Shown: positions 1 to 13,300, counted from the first letter of the stretch. The stretch: DNA of 64,000 bases from Lama guanicoe (GCA_013239625.1 MU053881.1:5167957-5231956); one strand, 5' to 3'. Translations and numbers: made by a program. The notes: generated from the letters alone by a model not told the origin.

Positions 1-371
1 CTCAGATCACCAGCACAAAGCGCTCAGCCTGGTGCCTGGAAAACAGCAAGAGCCTTAGACCATCAGGGGTCCATGATCCCTTCTCCCAAATTCTTGGGGC
101 TGGAGGTTTCAGAAATCTGAGCTTTTCAGGTTTCAAAAAGGGAAATATACCATATATTTACACAACACATCCAGTGAGGGGGGGGTCTTCCTTGAAGGAC
201 AAACACAATGATGTTTCTATATCAAAGTGTATGAATATGCAAAGTATGTGCAAGTAATAAAGACTATCAATTAACTTCCTATCAGTTGAGGTCATTCTAA
301 GGCTTTCGGGCTTTTCCAGAAGCAGTGGAAGGACTTAGAGCAGAGGGTGTCATGGTCAGGCTGCTTTCAAA

Positions 372-450
372 GAGCAGTACCCAAACATGAGTGAGCATCA
401 GAATCCTCCAGGGCGCTTGGTAAACGCAGCTCGCTGGGCTCCCCACACGT
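372..450. mobile_element. MER5-like hAT-Charlie DNA transposon fragment
   Basis: gcatcagaatcctccagggcgcttggtaaacgcagctcgctgggctcccc resembles the recalled MER5A consensus. Confidence 0.5.
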
Positions 451-689
451 GGTCACTCCCGCCTCATGGCAGCCGGTGAGCAAGGCGTGGTTACTCTCCC
501 ATTTTACAGAGCATTTTACAGAACACTGAGGCTCAGGGAGATGAAATTACTCGCCCAGGGCCTTACAGCTAAGTGGTGGGTTTGGGACTTGCCAATGAGT
601 TTGGGGGCCAAATTTATGGAAAACCTTCTGGTTTTCAGGGATGAACTGCCCTCATGCTGGGCTGAGTGAGAGGCCTCTGACAGAGGCGG

Positions 690-800
690 AAACACTGGCT
701 TTGGGATTCAAACCATCTCTGTCTCACTGAGCCTCAGTTTCCCCATCTGCAAATTGGGATTATCAGTCATTCTCTGCAGGGTTGAGGCAAGAAGCACTGA
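690..800 (+). mobile_element. MIR SINE remnant (one example; similar cores near 1400, 6650, 9000, 12500, 28330, 43040, 47500, 59320, 61190)
   Basis: MIR core motif ctgagcctcagtttccccatctgcaaattgggat. Confidence 0.7.
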
Positions 801-2047
801 GAAGGGTGCTGGGCTCCCCGTGGGCACTCGGGAGGAGCAGCGCTGGTACTGGTTCTGCTCTCCTCTGGAGTGTCAGCTGGGCCCCAGAATTCCCCAGGCC
901 ACACCCCAAGCCCACACCCCAGCGTGCCTGGGCCTGGGCGCCAGCCTGTGCTGCCCAAATATTGCAGGGGCCTGCTGGCGCCTCTCCACAGTGACAGCAC
1001 CTTGAGTGGGATGGGGGTGAGGAGGCCATCTCTGTGCCAGGCACCGACCGGCAGGTGCTGTCTCTGGCCCGGGGACGCTGCAGGAAGCAGGCTGGCTCCC
1101 CGGGGTGGGCGTGGCCCACAGCATCCAAGTGAAACTCCAGGGGTGGTTAGGCCTTGTGCACGAGGCTTCCGGGGAATCCAGCAAATGAGTGTAATAAACA
1201 CCCAAATAACCCAATAAATTACCCAAAGGGGTTATAAAGCCCTAGTCTGTATGCTCCAACCCCGGAAGCAATTCTATTTCCAACTCAGGCCGCACCCAAC
1301 TCTCTGTCCCTGGCTCTTTCTCTCGAAAATGTTTTTATCGGAGTCCAACATTTGGTGAGCAACACTGCAGACTGGGGAGCCCAAAGATTCCGAAGCCAGA
1401 GCTCAGCTTCAAATCCCAGCTTGGCCGATGACCAGCTGTGTGATGTCAGGCAGGTTATTGGACTCTCTGTGCTTTCATTTCCTCATCAGTAAAGGAGTGG
1501 ACACCTCCATCCTTCTAGGATGAGATCCAAACCTCTGAGACATCTTGGACCCTGCTCTTTCCTGCACCCCCGCCTCTGGCCATGAGGAAGCACACTTGGG
1601 TCTGCTTTCAGTTCCGTCCAGAATTCCGTAGCATCTTCCTCCCTCCAGCTCAGAGCCACCACCATCTCTCACCTCCCTGCTCTTTCTGTCCCTACGCTGG
1701 CTCTCGATAGCTCATTCTCAGGGCCCTGCGGTGCCTCCCTGTCCCAATCAGAGGGACAGCTCAAGTCCTCCAGTGACCCACGGGTCCCCACCACATGTCC
1801 TCGCCTCACCTCCCGGCCTGGCCTCCTGCCACCCACATCGAGGAAAGTCCTGCCCCGGTGTCTCTGCCTGGAATGCCCTTCCGCAGATACAAGCCCAGCT
1901 CATTTTCTCACCTTCCTTCTGTCTTTGCTTAAAAGTCCTCTTCTCTGACTCCTATATTTAAAAGATAGCCCCTGTTCCCCACGGGCCCCACAGGCCCTCT
2001 CTGTCCCCTCCTGGCTTTATTTTCCCACATAGATCTCATCACTATTT

Positions 2048-2172
2048 TGCAGGGAGAAGGGTGTAATTTATTTTATTTATTTATCTGTTTTTAGTGGAGA
2101 TATGGGGGATTGAACTCAGGACCTTGTGCATGCTAAGCACATGCTCTACCACTTGAGCTGTACCCTCCCCGC
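2048..2172 (-). mobile_element. Camelid-type tRNA-derived SINE (vic-1-like)
   Basis: Reverse complement has a tRNA-like A box (agctcaagtggtagagcatgtgcttagcatgc) and B box (gagttcaatccc) plus an A-rich tail; 11-bp TSD catcactattt at 2037-2047 and 2173-2183. Confidence 0.85.
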
Positions 2173-3159
2173 CATCACTATTTAATAATCCTGTATTTTA
2201 CTTTAGTTGCCTAGAATGTAAGCAGAAGAGGGCAGGGAATTTTGTGAGATCTGTTTTCTTCTGTCCCCAGCCCCTAGAACAGCGTGGCCCACAATACTTG
2301 CTGAATGTTTGTTGAATGAATGAATGAATGCATGCATGACTAGCGCCTACTGTAGGTTTGCTGCAAGGATGACGTGAGTTAGCGCACAGCACAGCGATGT
2401 GAGGGAGTAGAGTGGAGGTAGGAGAGGAGGTTGAGAGCCAGGTCAGGCAGGGCTGTCAGACTCCTCAGAATATGGAGACCCTGTCTTCTGGGGTGCTGGG
2501 ACTGCCACAGATATCCGGCGAGGCTGGCTTCAAGCCCACTGTCTGTTCTCAGGCACAGACCAGATGAGATACCAGCTCTGTGCAGAGGCTATGGTCCCAC
2601 AGACCCCACCATCCCCTCCTCCTCTTTCTTGTCCAAGTCTCTCCTTCTAGAATGTTCCATCAGTCCAGTCTGGGGTGGCAATGGGGGCTGCAAAGGTGGA
2701 GGGCTGCAGCCGGGGATCTGGCTGCCTTTAGAGGGCTACAGCTAGAAGCCTAAGGCCCTCCCGTCTCAGGCAAGGCTCTTCTGTCCCCAGTCAATATACT
2801 GGTTGCCTCCACTTCTTTCCCCGGCTGCTGCTCTGGGTACCCGTCTCTGCCTGGCTCCATCAAAAGTCCCCACACTCCATGCCAGGCCCACTGGGAGCTC
2901 GAGGCCACAGCCTGGTCCCTGCCCAGCCTTGGGACTCAGACACTCCCAATCTGATGGCCAGTGAATTGATCCCCATTTGTAGATGACGGTGTTGTGAATC
3001 AGCCCAGCGTGGGCACACATCACGGTGGCCGGGTAGGTCCTCTTCGGGGCAATGGAGATGAAAAAGACATCTGTCATCAAGGAGCTCACAGGCCAGCGGA
3101 GTAAGTGGCCCTCCATCTACACTGCCCCCCCCATGCCATCTTCCTTTTGCCAGCTAAAG

Positions 3160-3617
3160 AATGTCACTGGCCATTTGGCTCTGCAGAAATTAAGTCATTA
3201 GCCACCTTGGTCACTGAGACCTTCAACACACCCTGAAAGGATTTCAGGGTAGAGATCTCTGTGCTCCGGGAAAACTGGCAGAACACACCTTCACATGATT
3301 GGATATTTTCAGGAGAAAATTTTATGAGTCCCATTTCTTGCCTCTTCCCACACTTAGATAAGCACTAAAATCATTAGCTTCAATATCTGTTCCTTGTGAC
3401 CAGCAGCAACATTCTACTGAGAACTGAGATGTGTGCTTGATTGCACCCCGTCTCCAAAAATCACATAAAGGCTGACCGCCCCCCATGCCCCCAACTCTTT
3501 GGAACAGTTCCTCAGAGCTATCTCAGAAGTCGTCTCCTGGCCGATAGTCCTCAGGAAGTCCCCAAATAAAACTGAAACTCACAGCTCTCACACGGTCCAC
3601 TTTTATCTCAGCCAACA
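3160..3617 (+). mobile_element. ERV-class solo LTR (MER41-like 3' end; 5' boundary uncertain)
   Basis: AATAAA at 3565-3570 followed by an LTR-type terminus ...ttttatctcagccaaca ending in CA. Confidence 0.55.
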
Positions 3618-3729
3618 CTTTGATGTGCGGTCGGCTGCATTAAAAATTTTTATTTGGAAAAATTCCAAATCCACGGAAAAGCCATTGCAAGAATGGCTCG
3701 ATAAACAGCTCTCTGCCCTTCACCTAGAG

Positions 3730-3922
3730 GAGTGGTTCTCAGCCAGGGGTGATTTTTGCTCCCCCAGGGAACAGATCTGGAGGCAACATCTGGAGACGTT
3801 TTTGGTGGTTACAAGTAGGGGATGCCACTGACATCTCGTGTGTAGATGCCCGGGATGTCGTTAATCACACAGCAAGGCATAGGATGTGGTGACTGCTCCT
3901 CACGACATGGAATTTTTCTGGT
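3730..3922 (+). mobile_element. MER20 (hAT-Charlie) DNA transposon
   Basis: agtggttctcagccaggggtgatttttgctcccccaggg...tctggagacgtttttggtggttacaa matches the recalled MER20 consensus. Confidence 0.8.
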
Positions 3923-3924
3923 TT

Positions 3925-6400
3925 TCACCATGAGAAAAAAAATCGTAACCTTGTGAGGTGACGGATATTAACTAAACTTTCTGTGATGTATGTATCATTT
4001 CTCAATATATACATACATCAAATCATTGTTGTACACCTAAAACTAATACAATGTTATGTCTCAAATAAAAGAAAAAAAACAGAAAAAAATTAATATCTGG
4101 ATACAAATGAGGTAGGTACATTGAAATAAAATTACACTGAAAAGTTGAAAATGAAAGCCTGGAAGCATGTGCAATGTGCAGATACGAACCAAAAGACAGC
4201 TAGCGTAGTGATATTCGTATCAGACAAATAGAATTTAAGCAAGCATGTTAATAGGGATTGTGAGGGAAAGCACACAGAATTAAAGAGAAATTAAAGGGAA
4301 GATCTTTTAAGGAGGTACAGCGATCATAAATGTGCATGCACCTAAAAGCGTAGTCTCTCTATATATATAAAAGGAGACATTTATAAATCCACAATTAACT
4401 TGGGATGTTTTGAATGCATCTCTCTCAAGTAGACAAATAAAAGAGAAAGGAGGTAGACTATATCACAAGTCAAATATTTAAATTTGATTTTACACGTAGT
4501 AAGTAAATAAATCTATGTATACGTCAGCAGAGACTGAGGGGGGTCCCTCCAGGACAAGTAGGACTAAATCTCATGGCATTTGGGTGGCGTCTTCCAGTCG
4601 CCCTGGAGATCACATCATTAACGTCCAGCTCGATTCTTACAACAAGGTTCAGAGTATGTTGCAGACGTCACGACTCTTTGTCCCTAAACACTTCCATACC
4701 CCCTGTATAATCACAATATTCACTCGATACAATATGATTATCTTACATACTGTTTATAGTCAGATGTTGCCAACCGTCCCAATAACACCCTTGAATGCAT
4801 TCCCTTTTCCCATCTGGAATCTAGCCCAGGATGAAGCCTGGATTCGCTTGTCCTGCCTCCTTTCTCTCCTTTAATCTGGAACATTTAGTTCCTCTGCCCT
4901 CTGTATCTTCCACGACCTTGACACTTCTGCAGATGCCAGCCCATCGTTTTGGAGCATGTCCTTGTCCTTCGGTGTGGACTTGTGGGGTTGTTTCCTCACA
5001 ATCGGATCCAGGTCCTGCATCTTTGGCAGGGATTCCCCAGCGCTGCTGCCCAGGCCTCAGGACACCACATCAGGGGGCACGTGATGTCCGACGAACTCAA
5101 ATGAGCTCTTTGGCGAAGCTGGCATCTGCCAGGCTTCTCCACAGCAAAGGTCCACTTGTCCCTGTGGGATTGGTAAGTAACGCAGAGGCTGATGCTTTGA
5201 GACCATGTGCGTATCCTGCCCGCCCCCATCAAACTTCCCCCCACTGATGATTCTTACTTAAATCAATTTGCGGAGCCAAATGATTTTCTAACTCTGTAAT
5301 TCCTTGATGATTCTGACTTGATGATTCCCCAATGTCCACTGATGACAAATGAATTAGTTTTTACTACCATGGTCATCAAATGATTATGTAAATCCATCAT
5401 TTCCTCTTCATTCATTAGTTGGCAGTCTTCTGTGTGGAAGAGCTTCCTGCCACCCCCGTTTCCTTCCTCCCTCCTTCCTTTCACCTTTCCTCCCTTTCTT
5501 TTTTCTTTATTTTATATTTATCAGAGTGGATTCTTTTTGATTTAGTATATTTTAATCCATCGTCATCATCATGCAATGCTCAGTTGTCCCTTACAAGTCG
5601 ATCCCCAAATTGTTCCATAGTTGGCAACAGTGATCTCTTCGAGCTGGCTCCAGTACCCTTTGATGTATCATTCTTTGCTCATTTCCTTATTTTCTGCCAA
5701 AACTTCCAGGCTCGTCTCATATTTTTTTGTTTGTTTGTTTCAACCTTGGGATCATCCATTTCCCCATATGGTTCTGTTTCCTTTTACTGGGTTATGATAT
5801 TTAGAAACCAAGATCTGGGTGCTAGAGAGGCTCATTGTTATTGGGGTGTCGTTGATCCCAAGCCCTTTCAGCAGACAGAGCTGGAAATCAACGTGCATTT
5901 GTGTTTAAACACACTTACAGCATGAGCATCTTTCCCCTCCTGTATTTGTACCTCTCTTGATGAAAACCCTGACTCCCGGCAACATCAGTGTATTTGCTCG
6001 GTGCTACCATTGCCACAGAATAGTTTCAGACCTGGAGAGCCACAGGAAGCCTGTTACATAAAGTTCAGGCTTTCTTTCCGGTTCTATTGCCTTTAGGTCA
6101 AGGGCAACGCAGTGTTTCTTTTCTTCCCCCCTCTGTGGTCTCATGATCGACGTGATATATCCATTTGCTATACAGTTAGATTAATTTGCTTTCATTTGTT
6201 TAATTTTAGAGTTTTGCCTGTTCCCGTTGATTCTGCACGTTGCTCACTCCCTCTCTGGCTCTGCCTCCTATGATGCTGGGCGACACCTGGAGCTGAGGAC
6301 GCCGGGGTGCTGGTGGTGCCCGGAGTGCTGCCGGGGCTCCTTCTCCTGCAGGTTCCCGAAGTCTGGGCTGCACACCGCCAGCTCCAGCAGAGACGGTTTT
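3925..6400. mobile_element. Cluster of old L1 fragments (3' end with A tail at 3925-4090, ORF2 remnant at ~4120-4440, reverse L1M pieces)
   Basis: L1 3' end motif tgttgtacacctaaaactaatacaatgttat plus A tail; ORF2-like atcagacaaatagaatttaag; AT-rich. Confidence 0.6.
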
Positions 6401-7126
6401 ACAGACCTGGCGCAAAATGAAATCCATTCTCTTCTTCTGATTCCCCTTCCCTCCTTGGATTACTTTAAGGAGGGAGCCTCAGGCTGGTGCTACTGCGGCT
6501 TAAAATCCTCTTCAGCAATTGTTGATCACCCTTTGTAGTCAAGAGAAAGAGGCGTCAGGCGCAGAACCTAAAGAGGGCAACAATATTTTGATAGAAGATA
6601 TAGCATTGTTTTATTTATCTGATTGTTTCTTAGAGCCAGGCTGCCTGGTTTCCAACAGTCACCCTGCTGTTTCCAGCTATGACACTGGGCAAGTTACTTA
6701 AGAATCTCCATGCCTCAGTTTCCCCATCTCTATATTTGAGATATAGTGGTACCCCGTCATAAGACTGTCCGGGGGATGAACGAGTTAATGTTAGTTCATA
6801 CCGTCAGCTAGTAATGTGTCTAGCAGAGTGTCTGGCACGTGGTCAGCACCAATTATATTCATTTTTATGAGAACCTTTTGTTGGTGGGAAGCAATTCTGG
6901 TCTTTCGTTCAGGAGAGTGACGCAACGTTTCCTTTGAAGATTCATTTGGTTCAGTGAGCCACTTAAAAACAAAGGTTAAGTTTAAAAACAAGCGGTCTGT
7001 AGATTTAGCACAAATCATAAAAACCCTATGGTGTGAGGTGTGGACCCCTCCTTGCAGATTTTCCCGCTGCCCCTAACTTTTCAATAAGATGATGTAGAAG
7101 AAAGAACACTTTGCCAGCTGTAAAAT

Positions 7127-7221
7127 GCTCTCCTCCCTCCTCCTTCCTCTCTCCCTCCCTCTCTCCTCCCTCCCTCCCTCCCTTCCCTCCTTCCTTCCTC
7201 CCTCCCTCCCTCCCTTCCTTC
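7127..7221. repeat. (CCCT/CCTT)n polypyrimidine simple repeat
   Basis: Directly visible. Confidence 0.9.
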
Positions 7222-8429
7222 CACAAATCATAAAAGCTCCAGTTAGGTGCTGTGCCAGTTACTGGAGCTCCAGAGGTGGATCAGTCGTGAGCCCATCCTG
7301 CTGGAATTCATAGTCTAGGGGAGGCAGACTAGTAACCAGATAATTACTACCCTGTGGTAATTGCCCTAATGGTGAAGCTCAGCATAGCCTGTAATTGGAA
7401 CAGAGCAGGGTGGGATTGTCTCACCCAGCCTAGGTGTGGGTGGGAGGGTCGGAGACGTTACTGAAGCCAGAGCTACATCTTAAAGACCGTGTAGCAACTA
7501 TTTGGGTGAAGAAGACAGAAGGTGATCCTGACAGAGGGCTCTGCCCGTGTGAAGATGTTCAGCCTTCGAGAGCACACGCCACGTGTTGGTTGGAGACAAC
7601 ACAAGCGCTCGGGTGATGGAGTGCAGGGTGCTGGGTTTGGGGGTTGAAGCGGGAGGCTGGAGAGGTCCGCAGGGGTCAGAGGAAGGAGCCGGAAGCCCAA
7701 ATCCAGAGCTGGGGCTTCATCCTGTACCACTGGGGAGCCACTGAAGGAGTCCAGAGAACAGCAGGAGGTAGTCATGTTGCATCTGGGAAGGTCATCTGAG
7801 CGCTGGGCCAGCTTGGAGGAGCAGGCCTGGAGTCTCCACCTGGGGACTGTCTCAAGGCTGGCCCTGCCATCCATGGACCCTGAGCGTCTACTCCTTCCTG
7901 AGCCACCTATGGGTCTGGCTCCGGAGAGAGATCCTGACCTGGCGTCCTAACCTGGCTTTGCTGTCCTCCGGCTGGGTGGTCTTGGATGAGTTACTTCCCC
8001 TCCGGAAACCTCAATTTCTTCATCTGCACCATGGGCAGAATCCCACTTGCTTCAAGGACCACGGTCTTGGCACCGCAAGTGAAGAGTCTTTCATGCCTCG
8101 CACAGGGCTGAGTCCGTGCATGGGGTGGGTGCATGTACTCAGTTTCTCAGCCTCCCATAGCACCCGGCTGAGTCAGATCCTCGACGTGCTTCACTGCTCC
8201 CAGTTCCAGGGACTCCACCCGCTCCTTTCCTTTCCAGGAGATGCACTAGGTCACATCTTGGGGTTCGCTCATCATTGCTATGTGAACACAAGGGGGTGCC
8301 CGCACCTGCTGTTGGCCTACCCCCAGCATTGGCACCTGCCCTCGCCCTGGATGGTCACACACTGGAGGACCCTCTTCCCTGGGTCACTTCCTGGGAGTCA
8401 GGGGAACAACACAGATTCAAAAAGTCTTT

Positions 8430-8503
8430 CATCCATCCATCCATCCATCCTTCCATCCATCCATTCATCCATCCACCTCCATTCAACCTCCATCCATTCA
8501 TCC
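8430..8503. repeat. (TCCA)n simple repeat (likely an L2 tail)
   Basis: Directly visible; followed by L2-like gtgccaggtacagtgctaagctctaggga. Confidence 0.85.
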
Positions 8504-10060
8504 AGTCTCCTTCACTGAGCCCCTTCTTGGTGCCAGGTACAGTGCTAAGCTCTAGGGAGAGAGGGATGAATGAGACAGACCTGTGACTACTCTCACGCAC
8601 AGTATGTTTGTTCAGGAAAATGTCAGTATGCCAGGATGAAGGAGTGCGGAGTACAAGGTTTAGGGGTTTGAGGCATGAGGTTGGAGAGGTCTGCAGGGTT
8701 AAGGAAATCGTCCGATGGGGGAGATGACAGATAAACAAGAGCATTTCAGACTGTCACAGAATAAGGAAGGAGGGAAGCAGGCCCTGGCCATCTAGGGAGA
8801 GATGATGGAGTGCCACCCGTGGAGAGGAGGTCCTGGGGTTACATGGACTGGACTTGCTGATGGGCAGGATCAAGGGACCCTGAGGAGCTGCATCCAGAGA
8901 ACCTGGAGGGCCTGAGGGAGGACAGCCCTCCAGATGGCTCTGAGGTTTTGGGGACACAAGGAACCATCTGCCCTGGTGAGGAAGACCTAGGCTCAAGTCG
9001 TGGGTCTGCCACTCCCTGACTGTGACCTTGGGCAATTTACTCCCCCTCTCAGAGCCTCAGTTTCATTATCTCTAGAATGGGAATCATACTGGCATCGTTC
9101 CCTTGAGAGATGATGACAATGTGCTCAATATTCAACAGCCCAGCAGGGTGCCTGGCTTCTTTGAGGTGCTAAATGTTAACTTTGTAAATCTTAATTTTCT
9201 CTCTCTTCTTGTCACCAGTGGCCCTGGAGACGTCCAGGACCCCCGAAGACCCTGCTTTGTCTGTGGCTCCTCCTGCAGTTTCCCAGTCTGTAAAATGGGG
9301 TGAGACCAGTGCCTGGGACCTAGAAAGTACCCAGTCAGTGTTGTAGGCTGTTGTGTTTGCTGCAGCCTGGCAGACCCCGTTGGGACTCTGGTTGAGCCTG
9401 GCATTTCGTGTCCTGTGTTTGTTCTGGACTCCACTGTCACCTGTTGCTTCTTCCCCATGTTTTCATGGACTTGCCATCCTCAGAGCCTTTGCTTCAAACA
9501 CTTCCCTCTGCCTGGCTCACCCCTCCCTCGGGTCAACCCTCCACCACTCTCCTCACGCCTCTCCTTGAGCACTAACCCCATCACTATTTTATTTTCTCCT
9601 GATACTTGGCAGGATCTGTAAAGATCTTTCTAGTTTCTTCTGTTTCTCTGTTATTCTGTGTCTCCCCATTAGTTTGGAGGTTCCAGAGGGCACAGCCTTT
9701 GCCTTGCTCCCGGCTGTGTTCCCAGCTCATAGTACAGAACACATAGTGGGTATGCAGTGCATCCTTGTTGAGAGAAGGAAGGAAATGAGGAAGGGAAGGA
9801 GGATGGAAGGAGGAAGGGAAAGGGGAAGGAGGCAGAGGGAGGAAGGAAGGAAGGGAGAGGCGGGCAGGAGGGCAGTGGAAGCCTGTGGAGGAGGAGTGGC
9901 TGGGACTCGGGAACCCTGGACCTCCTCCTCTGCTTCTCCCCACAATCCTTTTTCTGATTTCAGTGGTGGTTTTCACTGGATTTTTCTTTTTTTCCCTTTT
10001 TCAGTAAGTGTTTTATTGTGGTAAAAACACGAGATGAGATCTACCATCCTAACAGATTTT

Positions 10061-10209
10061 TAAAAATTGAAATACAGTCAGTTACAATGTATCGATTTCT
10101 GGTGTACAGCACAATGTTTAAATCATACATGTACATACATGTATTCCTTTTCATAATCTTTTTCATCAAAGGTTATTACAAGATATTGAATATAGTTCCC
10201 TGTACTAGA
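10061..10209 (-). mobile_element. Short 5'-truncated artiodactyl-type L1 3' end
   Basis: atattgaatatagttccctgt motif; 13-bp TSD cctaacagatttt at 10048-10060 and 10210-10222. Confidence 0.8.
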
Positions 10210-10774
10210 CCTAACAGATTTTAAGTGCACGATGCATTTCTGTTAGCCATATACACAAGGCTGCACCTCAGATCAATGGAATCGTGCAGTATTTAGCCAC
10301 CGTGGCTGGTTTATTTCACTGAGCACAGTGTCCTCTGGGTTCAGCCCTGTTGCTGCATATTGCAAGATTTCCTTCTTTTCTAAGGCTGAACGATATTCCA
10401 TTGTATGTATGTACCACATTTTCTTTATCCATTCTTCTGCCCACGGACATTTAGGTTGTTTCCACATCTTGGTTTTTGTGAATAGTGCTACAGCGAATGT
10501 CAAACTAAAAAAGTGTCTGCACAGCCAAGGAAACAATTAACAGAGTGAAAAGGCAACCTACAGAATGGGAGACAATATTTACAAACCACACATGTGATGG
10601 GGGAATATATACCCTAAAGACATAAGGAACTCCTAAAACAAACGAATCACCCAATTAAAAAATGGATTAAGGACTTGAATACACGTTCTTCCAAAGAAGA
10701 CACACCAATGGCCAAGAGGTCTGCGAAAAGATACTCAATGTCACTAATCATCAAAACCACGCCTGCCAGGACAG

Positions 10775-11003
10775 CTGTATATAAAACAGACAAACAAGGG
10801 CCTGCTGTAGAGCACAGGGAACTATATTCAATACCTTGTAATAACTATAATAAAAAAGGATATAAAAAAGAATATATATCTATAACAGAAATGAACTGTG
10901 CACTTAAAAGTACATATATATATAAATGTGTAACTGCATCACTATGCTGTACACTAGAAGTTAACACAACATTGTAAATCAACAATACTTCAATTAAAAA
11001 AAC
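10775..11003 (+). mobile_element. Artiodactyl-type L1 3' end
   Basis: gcacagggaactatattcaatacc...cattgtaaatcaacaatacttcaattaaaaaaa. Confidence 0.8.
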
Positions 11004-11397
11004 AAAGAAAATAAATGTTGGTGAGGACCCGGAGAAACTGGAACCCTTGTGCAGTGTTAGTGGGAATGCAAAATGGTGCAGCCGCTGTGGAAAACAGTGT
11101 GGAGGGTCGTCAAGAAACGAAAGCCAGAACTGCCACATGACACCGCAATCCCACTTCTGGGTATATATGCGAAAGAATTGAAACCGAACTTTTCTTTGGA
11201 GTGATCAGTATTCTTCTTCCCGACCTGTCCACTGGCCAGAAGTCACTGCCTTTTCCCCTATTCCCACTGCCCCTGGGCCTGGGGACGCTGTTCTGGTGCC
11301 CAGGAAGCATCTGCTGGTGAGATTAACAGGCCTGGAAGCTCTCAGGGGACTCAGCTTCTCACCAGACTGTGAAGATTTCATTTAACAAGGGGCCTCT

Positions 11398-11412
11398 GCT
11401 GCCACCTACTGG
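11398..11412 (-). promoter_or_regulatory. Candidate CTCF site
   Basis: Reverse complement CCAGTAGGTGGCAGC fits the CTCF core CCASYAGRKGGCRS. Confidence 0.55.
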
Positions 11413-11667
11413 GCCTCGGGGGAAAGGGCTTCTCAGTCCCCCAAGGAGCCCTTCCTGTCGTCTGGACGTTCATAAGAAAATGCCAACGCCCACAGCAGTC
11501 ACAACAGCTGTGATTTTATCCAGTGATTAGTCCACGTCAGACATGGTACCAGGCCCTTTCAAGACATGATGTCTTAATCTCCAACCACCTTGAAATGCGG
11601 CTGGTGGGATCCTGATGTGTTTATACAGAGAGAGAAGGAAACAGACTCAGAGGGAAAAAATGGTCAA

Positions 11668-11850
11668 TATAAAATACGTAAAGAGCAAGGTTCTACTGTC
11701 CAGCACAGGGAACTATATTCAATACCTAGAATGAAAAAGAATATGAAAAAGGATGTATATATGTATACTTGAATCACTATGCTGTACACCAGAAATTCAC
11801 ACATTGTAAACTAACTATACTTCAATGAAAAGAAAGTAAAGGAAAAAAGA
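11668..11850 (+). mobile_element. Artiodactyl-type L1 3' end inserted in a MIR
   Basis: agcacagggaactatattcaatacc motif and A tail; TSD aaaaaatgg(t/c)caa at 11655-11667 and 11851-11863. Confidence 0.8.
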
Positions 11851-12759
11851 AAAAAATGGCCAAGGTCACACAGCTAGTGATGGCCAAGTCTAGATTCTCA
11901 TCCAGGTCCCTGGCCCCAGGGTGGGGCTGAGCAGTGTCCTGCAGAAAGGCGGAGGCAGTGAGAGGGCGGGCACGAAAGGCAGAACGGAGTGTGGGCTGGG
12001 GTGTGGAAGGCTCTGGAAACTACAGCTGGTGTCCTCCCCAGGAAAGCTCACTCATGGCTCCTCCCTCTCGGGGCGCCCATGCTGTCCCCAGGCTTTGCTC
12101 TGAGCCCTCCTCACGACCTCCTCCCAGGGCCCCTGGGCGTGCCCTCCCTCACCCAGCACCACACAGGGTGGGGAGCCTGGGCCACGGCCCTCAGGGAGTG
12201 TGGGGCAGGGGTGAGACTGACTCCAGGCGCTGAGCCTGGTGCTCCGGGGGGCGCAGGTGATCAACCTGGAGGAGGGGAGGCAGACCTGCACACAGGTTTC
12301 GATGCTCTGTGTCAACCTCGTTACATTCCAGGGGCCTGAAGGTCAGGCTGGCAGAGTGGGCGAGAGCCCTCGATGGGGTAGGCTCCCCAGCACGCTCTGA
12401 AATGACAGCCTTGGTATGGTCAGGGGCCCTGGCTGCTCCTGTCAGGAGGTCTCCCCATCGGAGGCTGCAGTGCTGACGTTAGGAAGACCAGCACTCTTTT
12501 CCAGGCTCTGCTGCTTTCAAGAACTGTGATCTTGGGCAACTTCCTTTACCTCTCGGAGCCTCACTCTACCCTTCTGCAAAATGGGACCAATCACAGTCCC
12601 TCCCTGTTAGGACTCAGTTGGGAATCAAGGGAAAACATACATGTAAAGCCCTGAGGGCATATGAAGGACCCCCACAGACAGACACATACCAGCCAAGCCT
12701 GCGGCCTCCGCGAGGCTGAGAAGAGGTGTCATGCAATGCCTCTGCAGACTTGGGGAAAC

Positions 12760-13300
12760 TGAGTCATTGGGCCCGGAAGTGCCTGGGCCCAGGCTTCAGC
12801 CTGAGTCACAGGCCTAATGCTGGGAAACCTCCTTGGAGCCACCTTCAGAAATGCTTCAGGCCGCTGTCTGCTGGCTTCAGTGCCCCCCTCCCTCCCTGCC
12901 CCATCAGCCAGGCCAGGCTGGGTCCCCTAATGTCTCTGAGGAGTGAGGGATGCTCTGAAATGCACATTTATCCCCCCTTACAGCTGAGGGCACTGAGACT
13001 GGGAAGGGGGGGTGATTGCCCTGGGTCCCGCAGCGGTGTTGGGGTAGGACCCTGATTCACCCCCTAGCTAAGGGTGTTCATCAGAAAACACTAGCGTGGC
13101 TGGACTACCCCGGGGCTGGCTTCCACCCCCAGCTCAGCCCGTGGATCAAAGGCAGCACTGCAGGAAGCCCTTCCCATCCCGACTTCCCCAGAACTAGGAC
13201 ACGCTTTGACGTCAGCACGTCCACATTCCTGCCCTCCAGCCCCAGGGCGGGGGCACTGATTTCCTCCCACCAGCGCTGGCATCACAAACAGGAAGCCGGG
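12760..13300. promoter_or_regulatory. Candidate enhancer (AP-1/ETS/CRE/TEAD motif cluster)
   Basis: TGAGTCA at 12760-12766 and 12802-12808, CCGGAAGT at 12773-12780, TGACGTCA at 13207-13214, ACATTCCT at 13223-13230, in non-repetitive sequence. Confidence 0.45.

Larger units (their letters stand above)
9985..11185 (-). mobile_element. 5'-inverted L1 carrying two younger nested L1 3' ends
   Basis: 9985-10499 is an L1 3' region in reverse (ORF track WKQPKCPWAEEWIKKMWYIHTMEY resembles the ORF2 C-terminus); 10500-11185 is the adjacent upstream ORF2 segment in forward orientation. Confidence 0.8.

Noticed and set aside
10273..11138. ORFs with L1 ORF2-like peptides (WKQPKCP...EWIKKMWYIHTMEY)
   Set aside because: Decayed L1 fragments, not genes
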